64,000 bases of DNA from an uncultured Candidatus Saccharibacteria bacterium (GCA_964595305.1 CAZQPW010000001.1:9722-73721); one strand, 5' to 3'; positions 29,427 to 40,321 are shown, numbered from the stretch's first letter. The notes: generated by a model from the letters alone, not told the origin. Numbers and translations: made by a program.

Positions 29427-30338
29427 ATGTCGTTAAGAGATGTAAAAGCAAAGATTCGTTCCGTTGATCGTACGCGAAAGGTGACGAAGGCAATGGAAGC
29501 TGTTTCTGCAGTTAAAATGCGAAAGTCTCAGCAGCGTGCTATTGGTGCAAGGCCGTACGCGCGCTCTGCACTCAACATACTTTCGCGCCTTTCACCCTCG
29601 CTTGCTACAACCAGCCATCCGCTGACAAAAATACGAGATTTACGACGAGTTGCTCTCGTAGTGGTTACGAGTGATAAAGGCTTATGTGGGGCGCTTAACT
29701 CCTCAGTTATTAAAGCTGCTGATCGTACGATATCTGAGCTCGGTCTTACAACAGAAAACATCGACATCGTTGCGTATGGAAAAAAGTCTGCAGAATATTT
29801 TGAACGTCGTGGGTACAACCTCGTGCAGCGGCATGAAAACATTTCAGATGATGTCGAAATAGAAAGCTTACACGTAACCACCAATCTTTTAACAAACTCG
29901 TTTGTGGCTGAAAATATTGATCGAGCGATCGTAGTGTATACCAACTTTCGTTCAACATTTGAGCAAGAAGCTGCAGTACACACCCTGTTACCACTTTCAC
30001 TCGAAAGTTTTTCTAAGATTGTGCGAGGCATTACGCCAGAGAAAGGAGCGCTTAGTGGCGCTCCAGAGCAGGACGCACCCGCAGCTTACACGAGCGAAGG
30101 CGAAAATGTGGCCGCAGAGTTATTATCAATGCTATCAAGCGTGTTTCTATTCCACCTTCTATTGGAAAGTAAGGCGTCTGAGCACTCGGCGCGAATGGTA
30201 GCAATGAAAAACGCTTCTGACAAAAGTCGAGATGTGAGCAAGGCGCTTACGCGCACATTTAACAAGGCACGACAAGCTGCAATTACACGAGAAGTTTCTG
30301 AAATTGTTGGCGGGATCGAGGCTATGGCAGCTAATTAA
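29427..30338 (+). CDS. atpG: F0F1 ATP synthase subunit gamma
   Basis: 'MSLRDVKAKIRSVDRTRKVTKAMEAVSAVKMRK' canonical gamma N-terminus. ATG at 29427 lies 1 nt after the atpA stop; the ORF opens at 29364. Confidence 0.9.
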   Translation: MSLRDVKAKIRSVDRTRKVTKAMEAVSAVKMRKSQQRAIGARPYARSALNILSRLSPSLATTSHPLTKIRDLRRVALVVVTSDKGLCGALNSSVIKAADRTISELGLTTENIDIVAYGKKSAEYFERRGYNLVQRHENISDDVEIESLHVTTNLLTNSFVAENIDRAIVVYTNFRSTFEQEAAVHTLLPLSLESFSKIVRGITPEKGALSGAPEQDAPAAYTSEGENVAAELLSMLSSVFLFHLLLESKASEHSARMVAMKNASDKSRDVSKALTRTFNKARQAAITREVSEIVGGIEAMAAN

Positions 30339-30357
30339 AAAAATGGATTTATTTTAG

Positions 30358-31755
<1,398 letters not shown>

Positions 31756-31757
31756 TT

Positions 31758-32756
31758 TTACTTACGGCCAATTTTAAGTGATTGCATTATTTGACTTAAA
31801 TCTGCAAGTCTTCTCTTAACTTCTTCGGCCTGATTCGAGTTAAGGTGCAAGACAGACGTTTTGTTTTTTAAGTGTGCCTGTTCGCTGCGGTGATACATGC
31901 GAAGGAAAAATTGATAGTGATCTTGAGCTTGTCTCATTGTTTCCTGAGATAGTGACAGCATGTTCTCTGCTGAAAGCTGCTCCAGTCGTCGAGGTATATT
32001 GGACCTAAGTTTTGCAAAAAAGTCTGCCTGCTTAGAATTTCTTATGTGTTTGATTGATTCTATTAGCAGTGTATTTTGAACTAACCTAAGCGGACCGATT
32101 TTAAATGATAGCTGTCGAGCCTTTGGGTTGTAAAATACATTAGCGGCTCCATCTTCATTAAACTCGAAATGCACGGCATCGGAACCATTGATTCTATTTT
32201 TCCCGGTCAGTGCTTTTCGTGAGTCACGTTCTAAATCTTCCACGCGGCGTTTTATATGCGCTCCTTCGGCGCCTATTACTTCCTTACCAATTTCTTCACG
32301 TGCGCGCACTATTGCTTTATCATCTCCCCAAACTGGGCGAGCATCGGTTGCTATACGAGCAGGCTGAACCCTATCATACATATTGTTGAAAAAACTAAAC
32401 GGTTTTCCAAACTGTTTCCATTCAATTATTGCAACTCTGTGAGGAGCAGCGCTTCTAAGAGTTGATTCGACTCTGGATCTCATAGAGTCTATGTTTACAT
32501 TTTCATCAACTAGTGCAATGATTTCGATCTCAGACTGGTGAGAACCTTTTTCAAACCTACCATCCGATCCAGGTATTGCAAGTGCCTGCACTCCCCTTAG
32601 TTCACTAGAGATCTTGCGTAGCGCATCCTGCATTTCTGCATGGATCAGCTGGTTAAAGCCATAGATTATCTCTCCGTACCTCCCGGGGCTTTGCGGCTTG
32701 TCGGACATTCCATTAAAGATGTCTTTTGCTTTCTCTACACTAAGATCGAACGACAT
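31758..32756 (-). CDS. Nucleotidyltransferase-fold protein (GlnD/DUF294-like) encoded antisense within the atp operon
   Basis: 'IPGSDGRFEKGSHQSEIEIIALVDE' fits the pol-beta-type NTase signature hG[GS]x(9-13)[DE]h[DE]h and the GlnD-like 'GxxGRxE...S[DE]I[DE]' pattern. Long helical C-terminal region. Convergent with atpD, divergent from atpC. Confidence 0.45.
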   Translation of the reverse strand: MSFDLSVEKAKDIFNGMSDKPQSPGRYGEIIYGFNQLIHAEMQDALRKISSELRGVQALAIPGSDGRFEKGSHQSEIEIIALVDENVNIDSMRSRVESTLRSAAPHRVAIIEWKQFGKPFSFFNNMYDRVQPARIATDARPVWGDDKAIVRAREEIGKEVIGAEGAHIKRRVEDLERDSRKALTGKNRINGSDAVHFEFNEDGAANVFYNPKARQLSFKIGPLRLVQNTLLIESIKHIRNSKQADFFAKLRSNIPRRLEQLSAENMLSLSQETMRQAQDHYQFFLRMYHRSEQAHLKNKTSVLHLNSNQAEEVKRRLADLSQIMQSLKIGRK

Positions 32757-32828
32757 TTAGGTATAATAACACATCTTTGTATATAGCGCAAGTTAGCGCT
32801 TTGTGTTTCGAAAGTATATACTAGATTT
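32757..32828. promoter_or_regulatory. Divergent intergenic region (putative promoters for atpC and the antisense NTase gene)
   Basis: 72-bp AT-rich spacer with 'TATAAT' (32762-32767) and 'TATATACT' (32815-32822) elements. Confidence 0.3.
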
Positions 32829-33059
32829 ATGCATGTAGTTATAAGTCATATAAGCGAAAAGGTGTTTGAGGGAGAGGCTCTTTCCGTTATGGTGCCGACG
32901 TCGGAGGGCTTAGTTGAAATTTTGCCTAAACACGAACCATTAGTAGCTACGCTCAAGGAGGGCGAACTAATAGTCCGAGTTGCTGGAGAAGTAAAAACAT
33001 TTCATGTAGAAAAGGGGGTGCTCGAAGTTACTAACGAAAGTGTTACCATACTACTATAA
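32829..33059 (+). CDS. atpC: F0F1 ATP synthase subunit epsilon, beta-sandwich domain only (76 aa)
   Basis: 'SEGLVEILPKHEPLVATLKEGEL..V' matches the epsilon N-terminal domain. Lacks the C-terminal helical hairpin. Confidence 0.7.
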   Translation: MHVVISHISEKVFEGEALSVMVPTSEGLVEILPKHEPLVATLKEGELIVRVAGEVKTFHVEKGVLEVTNESVTILL

Positions 33060-33061
33060 TT

Positions 33062-33289
33062 ATGTTTGGAAATTTTTTCATGAAAATGATGCTGCAGCAG
33101 CAGCTCAAGAGCTTGCCCAAAGATGCGCAAGAAAAAATAATGAAAGCCTTTACTGAAAACCCAGATTTTTTCAAAAAAATCGCTGAGGAAATCCAGGCTA
33201 AGGTAAAGAGCGGCCAGTCGCAGATGGCGGCCGCTCAACAGGTGATGATGCTCCATAAGCAAGAGCTCCAAAAAATCATGGCACCATAG
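33062..33289 (+). CDS. Small helical hypothetical protein
   Basis: 75-aa ORF starting 3 nt after the atpC stop. Predicted all-alpha, Met/Gln/Lys-rich. Confidence 0.35.
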   Translation: MFGNFFMKMMLQQQLKSLPKDAQEKIMKAFTENPDFFKKIAEEIQAKVKSGQSQMAAAQQVMMLHKQELQKIMAP

Positions 33290-33293
33290 AAGG

Positions 33294-33875
33294 ATGCGGC
33301 AACGTAAAATATTTATACTCATGGCGCACCCGTCTACGGGCTCGCTCACCAACTCAATAGCAGATGCGTACGAAGTGGGTGCGCTTGAGGGCGGGCATCA
33401 GGTGCGGAGGCAAAATATTGGAGAGCTGCAGTTTGACCCCATCCTCCATGAAGGGTATCGAGTAATCCAGCAACTAGAGCCGGACTTAAAGACGTTTCAG
33501 GAAAATATGCGTTGGGCAGACCATTTTGTTATCGTGTACCCAAATTGGTGGTGTACGATGCCCGCACTCCTCAAAGGCCTCTTTGATCGCGCATGGCTCC
33601 CTGGGTTTGCATTCAAAATGCGCAAGGATGGTTGGGGCTGGCAGCAGCTTCTAAAAGGAAAGTCAGCAAGAATTATAATGTTGACCCAAAGTAATCCGTG
33701 GCTCATTTGGTTCTTCTTCGGTGACTACCGCAACGAGCTTCGCCGCGCAACACTTGGCATGGCAGGTATTGCACCGATACGCACCACTATTTTTAGCAAT
33801 GCAGAAAAATCTTCACAAGCTACATATCTGAAATGGTTTATGAAAGTTAAGAAGTTAGGCAAGGCAGCAAAGTAA
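33294..33875 (+). CDS. Flavodoxin-like NAD(P)H-dependent oxidoreductase (Flavodoxin_2/YwrO/KefG family)
   Basis: 'ILMAHPSTGSLTNSIADAY' and 'DHFVIVYPNWWCTMPALLKGLFDRAW'. Confidence 0.65.
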   Translation: MRQRKIFILMAHPSTGSLTNSIADAYEVGALEGGHQVRRQNIGELQFDPILHEGYRVIQQLEPDLKTFQENMRWADHFVIVYPNWWCTMPALLKGLFDRAWLPGFAFKMRKDGWGWQQLLKGKSARIIMLTQSNPWLIWFFFGDYRNELRRATLGMAGIAPIRTTIFSNAEKSSQATYLKWFMKVKKLGKAAK

Positions 33876-33878
33876 TTT

Positions 33879-34235
33879 ATGGAAACTTCGATCTCGTTAC
33901 GAATTGCTAAGCAGCTAATCGGAAAAGAAGTAGAAGTTACGTTTGATAGGCCACTCGGAACAAGACACCCAAAACACGGATTTGTATATGAAGTTAATTA
34001 TGGCTATATTGAGGGCATTACAGCTCCAGACGGAGAAGATCTGGATGCATACTACCTTGGAGTGTCTCACCCGCTCGCAAAAGAAAAAGGTATATGCATA
34101 GCTGTAGCGCACAGAAATAACAACGACGATGACAAATTGGTTGTGGTGCCACAAGGAACAACAATGACTGACGAAGAAATTATTAAAGCGATTCATTTCC
34201 AAGAACAGTACTTTGACACTCAGATAGTTAGGTAG
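33879..34235 (+). CDS. Minimal family-I inorganic pyrophosphatase-like protein
   Basis: 'NYGYIEGITAPDGEDLD' matches Ppa 'NYGYINHTLSLDGDPVD'. 'DDDKLVVVP' matches 'DAKLVAVP'. N-terminally truncated relative to Ppa. Confidence 0.5.
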   Translation: METSISLRIAKQLIGKEVEVTFDRPLGTRHPKHGFVYEVNYGYIEGITAPDGEDLDAYYLGVSHPLAKEKGICIAVAHRNNNDDDKLVVVPQGTTMTDEEIIKAIHFQEQYFDTQIVR

Positions 34236-34324
34236 CTTTAAAATAACTTCAATCACTACGAGAGCGCCAGCAACTCGGTCGGAGCGCACTAGATTTTAGG
34301 CCATATTTTTGCTAGAATTGGCAA

Positions 34325-35422
34325 ATGGAATTAGCAATCGGGATAGTTGGGCTTCCTAACGTAGGGAAGTCAACATTGTTTAAAGCACTTACAGAAAAGG
34401 AGGTGCTCATTGCAAATTATCCCTTTGCAACTATCGATCCGTCTGTTGGGGTTGTTGCCGTGCCGGACCCGCGCCTTAAAGTGCTCACTGAGCTATCACA
34501 CTCGGCTAAGACAGTGCCAGCAATAGTTGAGTTTGTTGATATTGCCGGTCTCGTACAGGGCGCGAGTGAGGGCGAAGGCTTAGGCAACCAGTTCCTCCAG
34601 CACATTCGTGAGACGAACGCGATTGCGGAGGTAGTACGTATTTTTGATGACTCAGACATTACTCACGTTGGCGGTACTGTTGACCCTGTTAAAGATATCG
34701 AGGTTATAAATCTTGAGCTCGTGCTCGCAGACATGCAAAGTGTCTCAAAGCGCCTGCAGAGCGTTGAGCGAGACAGTAAGCGTGGTGTAAAAGAGGCAGT
34801 GTTAGAAGAGCAGGCGTTAAAAAAAGTATTTGCAACCCTCGAGGCGGGAATGCTCGCTCAGAAGACGAGTCTCACAGACGAGGAGCTGCTCGCAATCAAA
34901 GGCATGCAGCTGATCACCATGAAGCCGATCATGTACGTACTCAACAAGAAAGCTGGCGGGCACAATCTCGATGAACACAACGGCGAGCGCTACACGCGAC
35001 TCATCGATTTTCTTAAAAACCAGAAAGCCCAGTGGGTGCTCGTAGATGCTGCGATTGAAAATGAACTTAAGTCAGTTTCAGATGAAGATAGGAGTACGTT
35101 CCGCCAAGAATACGGCGTGCTCGAAGATGGAGTCGACGATCTGATCAAAACCGCGTATAAGATGCTAAATTTGCAGTCATACTTTACTACTGGTGAAGAT
35201 GAGACTCGCGCGTGGACTATTAGGGTAGGGAGCTCCGCACCAGAAGCAGGCCAGGCCATACATACCGATTTTAAGGAAAAGTTCATTAGAGCCGAAGTGG
35301 TCGCATACGACGACTTGATACAAGCTGGCTCGTTCCAAGCTGCGCGAGCCGCAGGCAAGTTGCGCACCGAAGGTAAGGAGTATATAGTCAAAGACGGAGA
35401 TGTTATTGAGTTTAAAGTGTAA
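34325..35422 (+). CDS. ychF: Ribosome-binding ATPase YchF
   Basis: 'GIVGLPNVGKSTLF', 'NYPFATIDP' and a C-terminal TGS domain. Confidence 0.9.
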   Translation: MELAIGIVGLPNVGKSTLFKALTEKEVLIANYPFATIDPSVGVVAVPDPRLKVLTELSHSAKTVPAIVEFVDIAGLVQGASEGEGLGNQFLQHIRETNAIAEVVRIFDDSDITHVGGTVDPVKDIEVINLELVLADMQSVSKRLQSVERDSKRGVKEAVLEEQALKKVFATLEAGMLAQKTSLTDEELLAIKGMQLITMKPIMYVLNKKAGGHNLDEHNGERYTRLIDFLKNQKAQWVLVDAAIENELKSVSDEDRSTFRQEYGVLEDGVDDLIKTAYKMLNLQSYFTTGEDETRAWTIRVGSSAPEAGQAIHTDFKEKFIRAEVVAYDDLIQAGSFQAARAAGKLRTEGKEYIVKDGDVIEFKV

Positions 35423-35425
35423 ATT

Positions 35426-35755
35426 ATGCACTCAGAAAAATTAAATCAGCCACGCACATTCACACAGCTGCAAGAATACGTTGAACGTAATTTAAGTTCA
35501 AGCGAGCGTTTGCGAAAGAGCGCAATAATACTTGGACAAAGTTTTAATGCCGGAGAAGCGGTTGAATTTACAGATAGCTCAGGATCTGTAACTGGCAAAA
35601 TTGTTTACTTCAAACAAGAGGCATCGGGTGGTGCTGATGGGTGGGTCTCAACTGACATGATCGTAACTGGCATGCCAGGGCATACATGGAACTGTGCCTA
35701 CGAGCTGGTGCACTGCCCACGCCACATGATCACCTCAATCCGTAAAATTGCATAA
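35426..35755 (+). CDS. Hypothetical protein
   Basis: 109-aa ORF tightly packed after ychF. No recognisable motif. Confidence 0.35.
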   Translation: MHSEKLNQPRTFTQLQEYVERNLSSSERLRKSAIILGQSFNAGEAVEFTDSSGSVTGKIVYFKQEASGGADGWVSTDMIVTGMPGHTWNCAYELVHCPRHMITSIRKIA

Positions 35756-35758
35756 CCT

Positions 35759-36010
35759 TTGGCTCAGGCGTATAGTACTGATATCAACTACCAATCTACC
35801 CATACAATGAGTGCAGAAGCAATCAAAATAAACCTTGAGTGTTCGAACGCGAGGTGCAGGCACACTGATATGCCATATAGAAGAATTATAGAAAAGCTCG
35901 GCTCAAAGCCTTTGTGCGAGTTTTGCGATAGCCTTGATAAGGGTAACCCGGGTTTTAAAAAAGGCGAGACCCAGTTTATCCTGCCTACAGACGGCGCACG
36001 TAGTATATAA
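35759..36010 (+). CDS. Small putative zinc-ribbon protein
   Basis: C-x4-C ... C-x2-C spacing ('ECSNARC...CEFCDS'). Confidence 0.35.
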   Translation: MAQAYSTDINYQSTHTMSAEAIKINLECSNARCRHTDMPYRRIIEKLGSKPLCEFCDSLDKGNPGFKKGETQFILPTDGARSI

Positions 36011-36017
36011 TATACAA

Positions 36018-36956
36018 ATGAACACTAAAGTAACTCCTAAGGATTTTTTTCTCTGGCTCGGCGCTGTGGTATCACTGTACACTAGTGTCGGAGCGTTTAT
36101 CACACTTTATTTCCAATATATCAATGCAGCGTTTCCTGATGCATTGAACGACTACGGCGTCGACCCGTATTCAAGCTCAATTCGATTTGCTATCGCGTCG
36201 CTAATAGTTTTCTTCCCACTCTTTTTGATCCTTATGCGGATTATTCGCAAGGACATCCAGGCTGTCCCCGAGCGGGCAGATTTATGGGTGCGCAGATGGG
36301 CACTATATCTCACACTGTTTTTCGCTGGCCTTGCAATGGCAGTTGACTTCGTCACACTAATTTACACCTTCTTAGATGGAGAAATTGGCACCAGGTTTAT
36401 ATTTAAAGTTGTAGTCGTGTTCCTAGTCGCGGCTGCGCTCTTCATGCATTTTCTTGCAGATGCGTGGGGATACTGGCGCGAGCATCCAAAAAAGGCAACA
36501 ATAATGTCGATCGCGGCAGCAGTGGTGGTTCTCGCATCGATACTTGCTGGGTTTTTCATCATCGGGTCTCCGCAAGACGCTCGAATGTATAAGTTTGACG
36601 ACCAAAAGATTGCAGACCTTCAAAATATTCAGTGGCAAGTGCTTAACTACTACCAGACGACCGGCAAGATGCCTCTCGCGCTGGAAGAACTGCAAGATTC
36701 CCTTAACGGGTTCGTGATCCCTCGTGACCCTCAGACAGGCGCGGCGTATGAATATTCTGCTAATAAGCTAGCGTTCAGACTTTGTGCATCGTTTAACAAA
36801 GACTCGCGCCAAGATCAGCTGAGTCAGCCTCGAGCTCTTTACCCGGAGAAGGGAACTGACGGAGACCTTACGACGAGTCAGTGGACTCACGGTGCAGGTA
36901 CCATGTGCTTTGATAGAGAGATAGATCCAGCACGCTACCCTGTGTTCAAAAAGTAA
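36018..36956 (+). CDS. Integral membrane protein (4-5 TM) with C-terminal extracytoplasmic domain, hypothetical
   Basis: Start at the Met following an in-frame upstream stretch (ORF open from 35934). Hydrophobic N-terminal half. Confidence 0.45.
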   Translation: MNTKVTPKDFFLWLGAVVSLYTSVGAFITLYFQYINAAFPDALNDYGVDPYSSSIRFAIASLIVFFPLFLILMRIIRKDIQAVPERADLWVRRWALYLTLFFAGLAMAVDFVTLIYTFLDGEIGTRFIFKVVVVFLVAAALFMHFLADAWGYWREHPKKATIMSIAAAVVVLASILAGFFIIGSPQDARMYKFDDQKIADLQNIQWQVLNYYQTTGKMPLALEELQDSLNGFVIPRDPQTGAAYEYSANKLAFRLCASFNKDSRQDQLSQPRALYPEKGTDGDLTTSQWTHGAGTMCFDREIDPARYPVFKK

Positions 36957-36977
36957 ATTTTGGTGTAGAGTAAAAAG

Positions 36978-39227
36978 ATGGCAGAGTACGACCACAAAGA
37001 AATTGAAAAAAGGTGGCAGGAGGAGTGGCTCGCATCAGGTATTTACAACGCATCTGACGATGCGAGTAAAAAAAAGTTTTACGCGCTAGTAGAATTCCCA
37101 TATCCATCGGGTACTGGGTTACACCAGGGTCACCCGCGCCCATATACCTGTATGGACATTGTTGCAAGGAAGCGCAGGAAGGAGGGCTTCAATGTTCTAT
37201 ACCCCATTGGCTGGGATGCATTTGGACTGCCGACTGAAAACTACGCTATTAAAACCGGCAAGGATCCAAGAGTCGTAACTAAAGAAAACACAGACTACTT
37301 TAGAAAGCAAGCGCAGGCTTTTGGCTTTTCGTTCGACTGGTCACGCGAAGTGAACACCACAGACCCGAAGTATTATAAGTGGACGCAATGGATTTTCATT
37401 CAACTTTTTAAAAAAGGGTTGGCGTACAAAGCTACTGTTCCGATAAACTGGTGTCCAAAAGATAAAATTGGCCTAGCCAATGAAGAGGTGGTTGATGGCT
37501 GCTGCGAGCGCTGCGGGACTAAAGTTGAAAAACGCGATAAAGAGCAGTGGATGCTCGCTATCACTAAATATGCAGACAGGTTATACGAGGATATCGACAC
37601 CGTCGACTATCCTGACCGCGTCCGCGCGCAACAGAAGAACTGGATAGGGAAAAGTGAGGGAGCTGAAATTGATTTCGGACCAATCACTGTATTTACCACT
37701 CGGCCAGACACACTGTATGGTGCAACGTACGTGGTAGTTGCACCTGAGCATCCTATCGTAGCTGCTCACCCTGAGGCAGAAGCGTACGTAAAAGAGGCGA
37801 AAAGAAAAACGGAAATCGAGCGAACTGCAGAAGGTAAAGAGAAGACCGGTGTTCCACTCAATCTAAAAGTTAAAAACCCTGCAACAAACGAAGAGGTCCC
37901 TGTTTGGGTTGCAGACTATGTACTCGGCCACTACGGAACCGGTGCGGTAATGGGTGTACCGGCACACGACGAGAGAGACAAAGAGTTTGCAACTAAATAT
38001 GACATCGAAATCCGTGAGATTGAGTTGCAAGATCCGAAAGTCATGACAGAAAAGTTTGGTAAGGCAGTCACTAAGTTCAAGCTCAAGGACTGGGTATTTA
38101 GTCGCCAGAGGTATTGGGGCGAACCGATACCGATGGTTCATTGCGAGAAGTGTGGCTGGCTGCCTGTCCCAGAAAGTCAGCTCCCCATTGAGTTGCCCTA
38201 CATTGAAAAATACGAACCAACTGACACCGGCGAGTCGCCATTGTCAAAGCTAGGCGACTGGATTACCACGAAGTGTCCGCAATGTGGTGGGGAAGCAAAA
38301 CGCGAAACAGATGTGATGCCAAATTGGGCAGGTTCAAGTTGGTACTACATCAGATACATGGACCCTCACAATGATGCGGCCATTGCAGGCCCTGACAAGA
38401 TAAAATACTGGTCTCCGGTTGATTGGTACAACGGTGGCATGGAACATACCGTTCTCCATTTGCTGTACTCTCGTTTTTGGCATAAGTTTCTATACGACAT
38501 CGGTGTTGTTCCAACTGCCGAACCATATGCAAAGCGCACCTCCCATGGCCTTTTCCTGGCGGCAGATGGTGAAAAAATTTCAAAGTCCAAAGGGAACGGT
38601 ACTGACCCGATAGAAATTATTAACACATTTGGAGCTGACGCTACCAGGCTCTATGTAGCGTTTATAGGTCCCTTTGAGCAAGCGGTCCCGTGGCAAAATG
38701 AAGGACTAGTTGGCACACTCCGTTTTATTGAACGAATAGTAACGTTATCTCAGAAGGTTGCCGACGGGGAAGATGTACCACCCGTCGTTCATCAAACAAT
38801 TAAAAAAGTTGGTGAAGATATTGAATCTGTAAAGTTCAATACTGCAGTATCGCAGCTTATGATCTGTACGAACGAGCTTGTTGCAGCAGAAACAGTTTCT
38901 CGCGCATCATATGAAATTCTTCTCAACCTCCTCGCGCCATTTGCACCACATGTTACAGAAGAGCTTTGGCGCAAGTTGGGGCACACCAACTCTATCCACC
39001 TCGAGCCATGGCCTAGTTTTGACCCCAGTAAGCTTGAAAGCGAGACGGTAACTGTTGCGGTACAGGTGGGAGGAAAGCTGAAGGGTACTATTACAACACT
39101 TCGAGGTACGAACGAAAAACAAATCCTAGAGCTTGTAAAACAAGATCCGCAATTGTCAAAAAAGGTTCCTGTTGAGCCACGGAAAGTCATTTTTGTGCTT
39201 GACAAGGTCATAAATTTCATTGCCTAA
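36978..39227 (+). CDS. leuS: Leucine--tRNA ligase (compact, 749 aa)
   Basis: HIGH-type 'HQGHPRPY', CP1 editing hallmarks 'TTRPDTLYGATYVVVAPEHP' and 'GTGAVMGVPAHDERD', KMSKS-type 'KISKSKGNG'. Confidence 0.95.
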   Translation: MAEYDHKEIEKRWQEEWLASGIYNASDDASKKKFYALVEFPYPSGTGLHQGHPRPYTCMDIVARKRRKEGFNVLYPIGWDAFGLPTENYAIKTGKDPRVVTKENTDYFRKQAQAFGFSFDWSREVNTTDPKYYKWTQWIFIQLFKKGLAYKATVPINWCPKDKIGLANEEVVDGCCERCGTKVEKRDKEQWMLAITKYADRLYEDIDTVDYPDRVRAQQKNWIGKSEGAEIDFGPITVFTTRPDTLYGATYVVVAPEHPIVAAHPEAEAYVKEAKRKTEIERTAEGKEKTGVPLNLKVKNPATNEEVPVWVADYVLGHYGTGAVMGVPAHDERDKEFATKYDIEIREIELQDPKVMTEKFGKAVTKFKLKDWVFSRQRYWGEPIPMVHCEKCGWLPVPESQLPIELPYIEKYEPTDTGESPLSKLGDWITTKCPQCGGEAKRETDVMPNWAGSSWYYIRYMDPHNDAAIAGPDKIKYWSPVDWYNGGMEHTVLHLLYSRFWHKFLYDIGVVPTAEPYAKRTSHGLFLAADGEKISKSKGNGTDPIEIINTFGADATRLYVAFIGPFEQAVPWQNEGLVGTLRFIERIVTLSQKVADGEDVPPVVHQTIKKVGEDIESVKFNTAVSQLMICTNELVAAETVSRASYEILLNLLAPFAPHVTEELWRKLGHTNSIHLEPWPSFDPSKLESETVTVAVQVGGKLKGTITTLRGTNEKQILELVKQDPQLSKKVPVEPRKVIFVLDKVINFIA

Positions 39228-39292
39228 CTGTGGATAACTATGACTCTGTTTGACCATTTTTAGAAAATGTGCTATAAAGGATATACAAATAT

Positions 39293-40321
39293 ATGGCAAA
39301 ACTCTCATTCAAGCCCAAGGACACCAGCAAGAGATTAGTTGCATCGTTACCAGATAGAAGCAAGGATGTGCTCGTAAGCAGATACGGACTCCATGATTCG
39401 AATGAGGCTGAGACGTTAGATGCCATCGGAAAGCGTTACGGAATTACTCGTGAACGCGTGCGCCAAATTGAGAGTGGCGCAATCAAGTCAATTCAGGACT
39501 CACCAGCTATCGCAAAGGAAAGTCATGCAATTTCTAACCTCGAAGCAGCAATCCGCGACCTCGGTGCTATTTTGCCAGAGCACACCATCTTGAGCGAGTA
39601 TGCTTCTGACTCTAAATCGAAGAACCACCTCTACTTCATGCTCGTCGTGGGCAAGCCATTTGTACATAAAAAAGAGGACGACAACTTTAAGTCGCGTTGG
39701 CATGTAGATGAAGGAGTGGCAAAAGCAGTTGAAGATGCAATTAAGTCCGTACACAGTAAGATGGGTGCTAATGATGTGATGCAAGAAGGAGAGCTCGTTG
39801 ACCATGTGCTTACGTGTCTTTCGCGCGTAAACGTAAAGTACAAAAATAAAGAGACTGTAAAACGTTGGCTTGAACTCTCAAACTGTTTAATGCGTAACCC
39901 TCTTGGTGAGTGGGGACGCACCTCGGCTCCTGGAATCCGCCTCAAAAACATCCGTGACCATGCATACCTCGCACTCAAGCGCCACGGCTCACCAATGCAT
40001 TTCCGAGAGGTATCAAAGGCTATTGAAAAGGTATTTGGCAAGCAGGCTCATCAGGCGACAACGCACAATGAGCTCATTAAGGACAAGCGTTTTGTGCTCG
40101 TTGGTAGAGGTATATACGCGCTTTCTGAATGGGGTTACCGACCGGGACCTGTTATCGAGATCATCAAAAATATTTTGAAAGAAAAGGGACCGATGAGTAA
40201 AGGCGACCTTATGACGGCAGTAGCAAAGGAGCGCCACGTAAAAGAAAACACGATCATCGTCAATCTTCAAAACCCGGCATTGACGAAAACAAAAGACGGA
40301 AAGATAGCACTAGCTAAATAA
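39293..40321 (+). CDS. Putative DNA-binding protein: sigma-70 region-4-like HTH + HARE-HTH domain(s)
   Basis: 'TLDAIGKRYGITRERVRQIESGAIKSI' is a textbook sigma region-4 HTH. 'DKRFVLVGRGIYALSEWGY' is the HARE-HTH C-terminal signature. Confidence 0.5.
   Translation: MAKLSFKPKDTSKRLVASLPDRSKDVLVSRYGLHDSNEAETLDAIGKRYGITRERVRQIESGAIKSIQDSPAIAKESHAISNLEAAIRDLGAILPEHTILSEYASDSKSKNHLYFMLVVGKPFVHKKEDDNFKSRWHVDEGVAKAVEDAIKSVHSKMGANDVMQEGELVDHVLTCLSRVNVKYKNKETVKRWLELSNCLMRNPLGEWGRTSAPGIRLKNIRDHAYLALKRHGSPMHFREVSKAIEKVFGKQAHQATTHNELIKDKRFVLVGRGIYALSEWGYRPGPVIEIIKNILKEKGPMSKGDLMTAVAKERHVKENTIIVNLQNPALTKTKDGKIALAK

Noticed and set aside
33062-33289. The small helical ORF after atpC might be the split-off C-terminal helical domain of the epsilon subunit
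   Set aside because: Its sequence (MFGNFFMKMMLQQQ...) shows no resemblance to the Ala/Glu/Arg-rich epsilon C-terminal hairpin. A separate start codon follows the atpC stop with no sign of a simple frameshift. Kept only as a hypothetical protein.
36978-39227. LeuS lacking an editing domain
   Set aside because: Although short (749 aa), the CP1 editing hallmarks ('TTRPDTLYGATY', 'GVPAHDERD') are present. It is only compacted, not editing-deficient.
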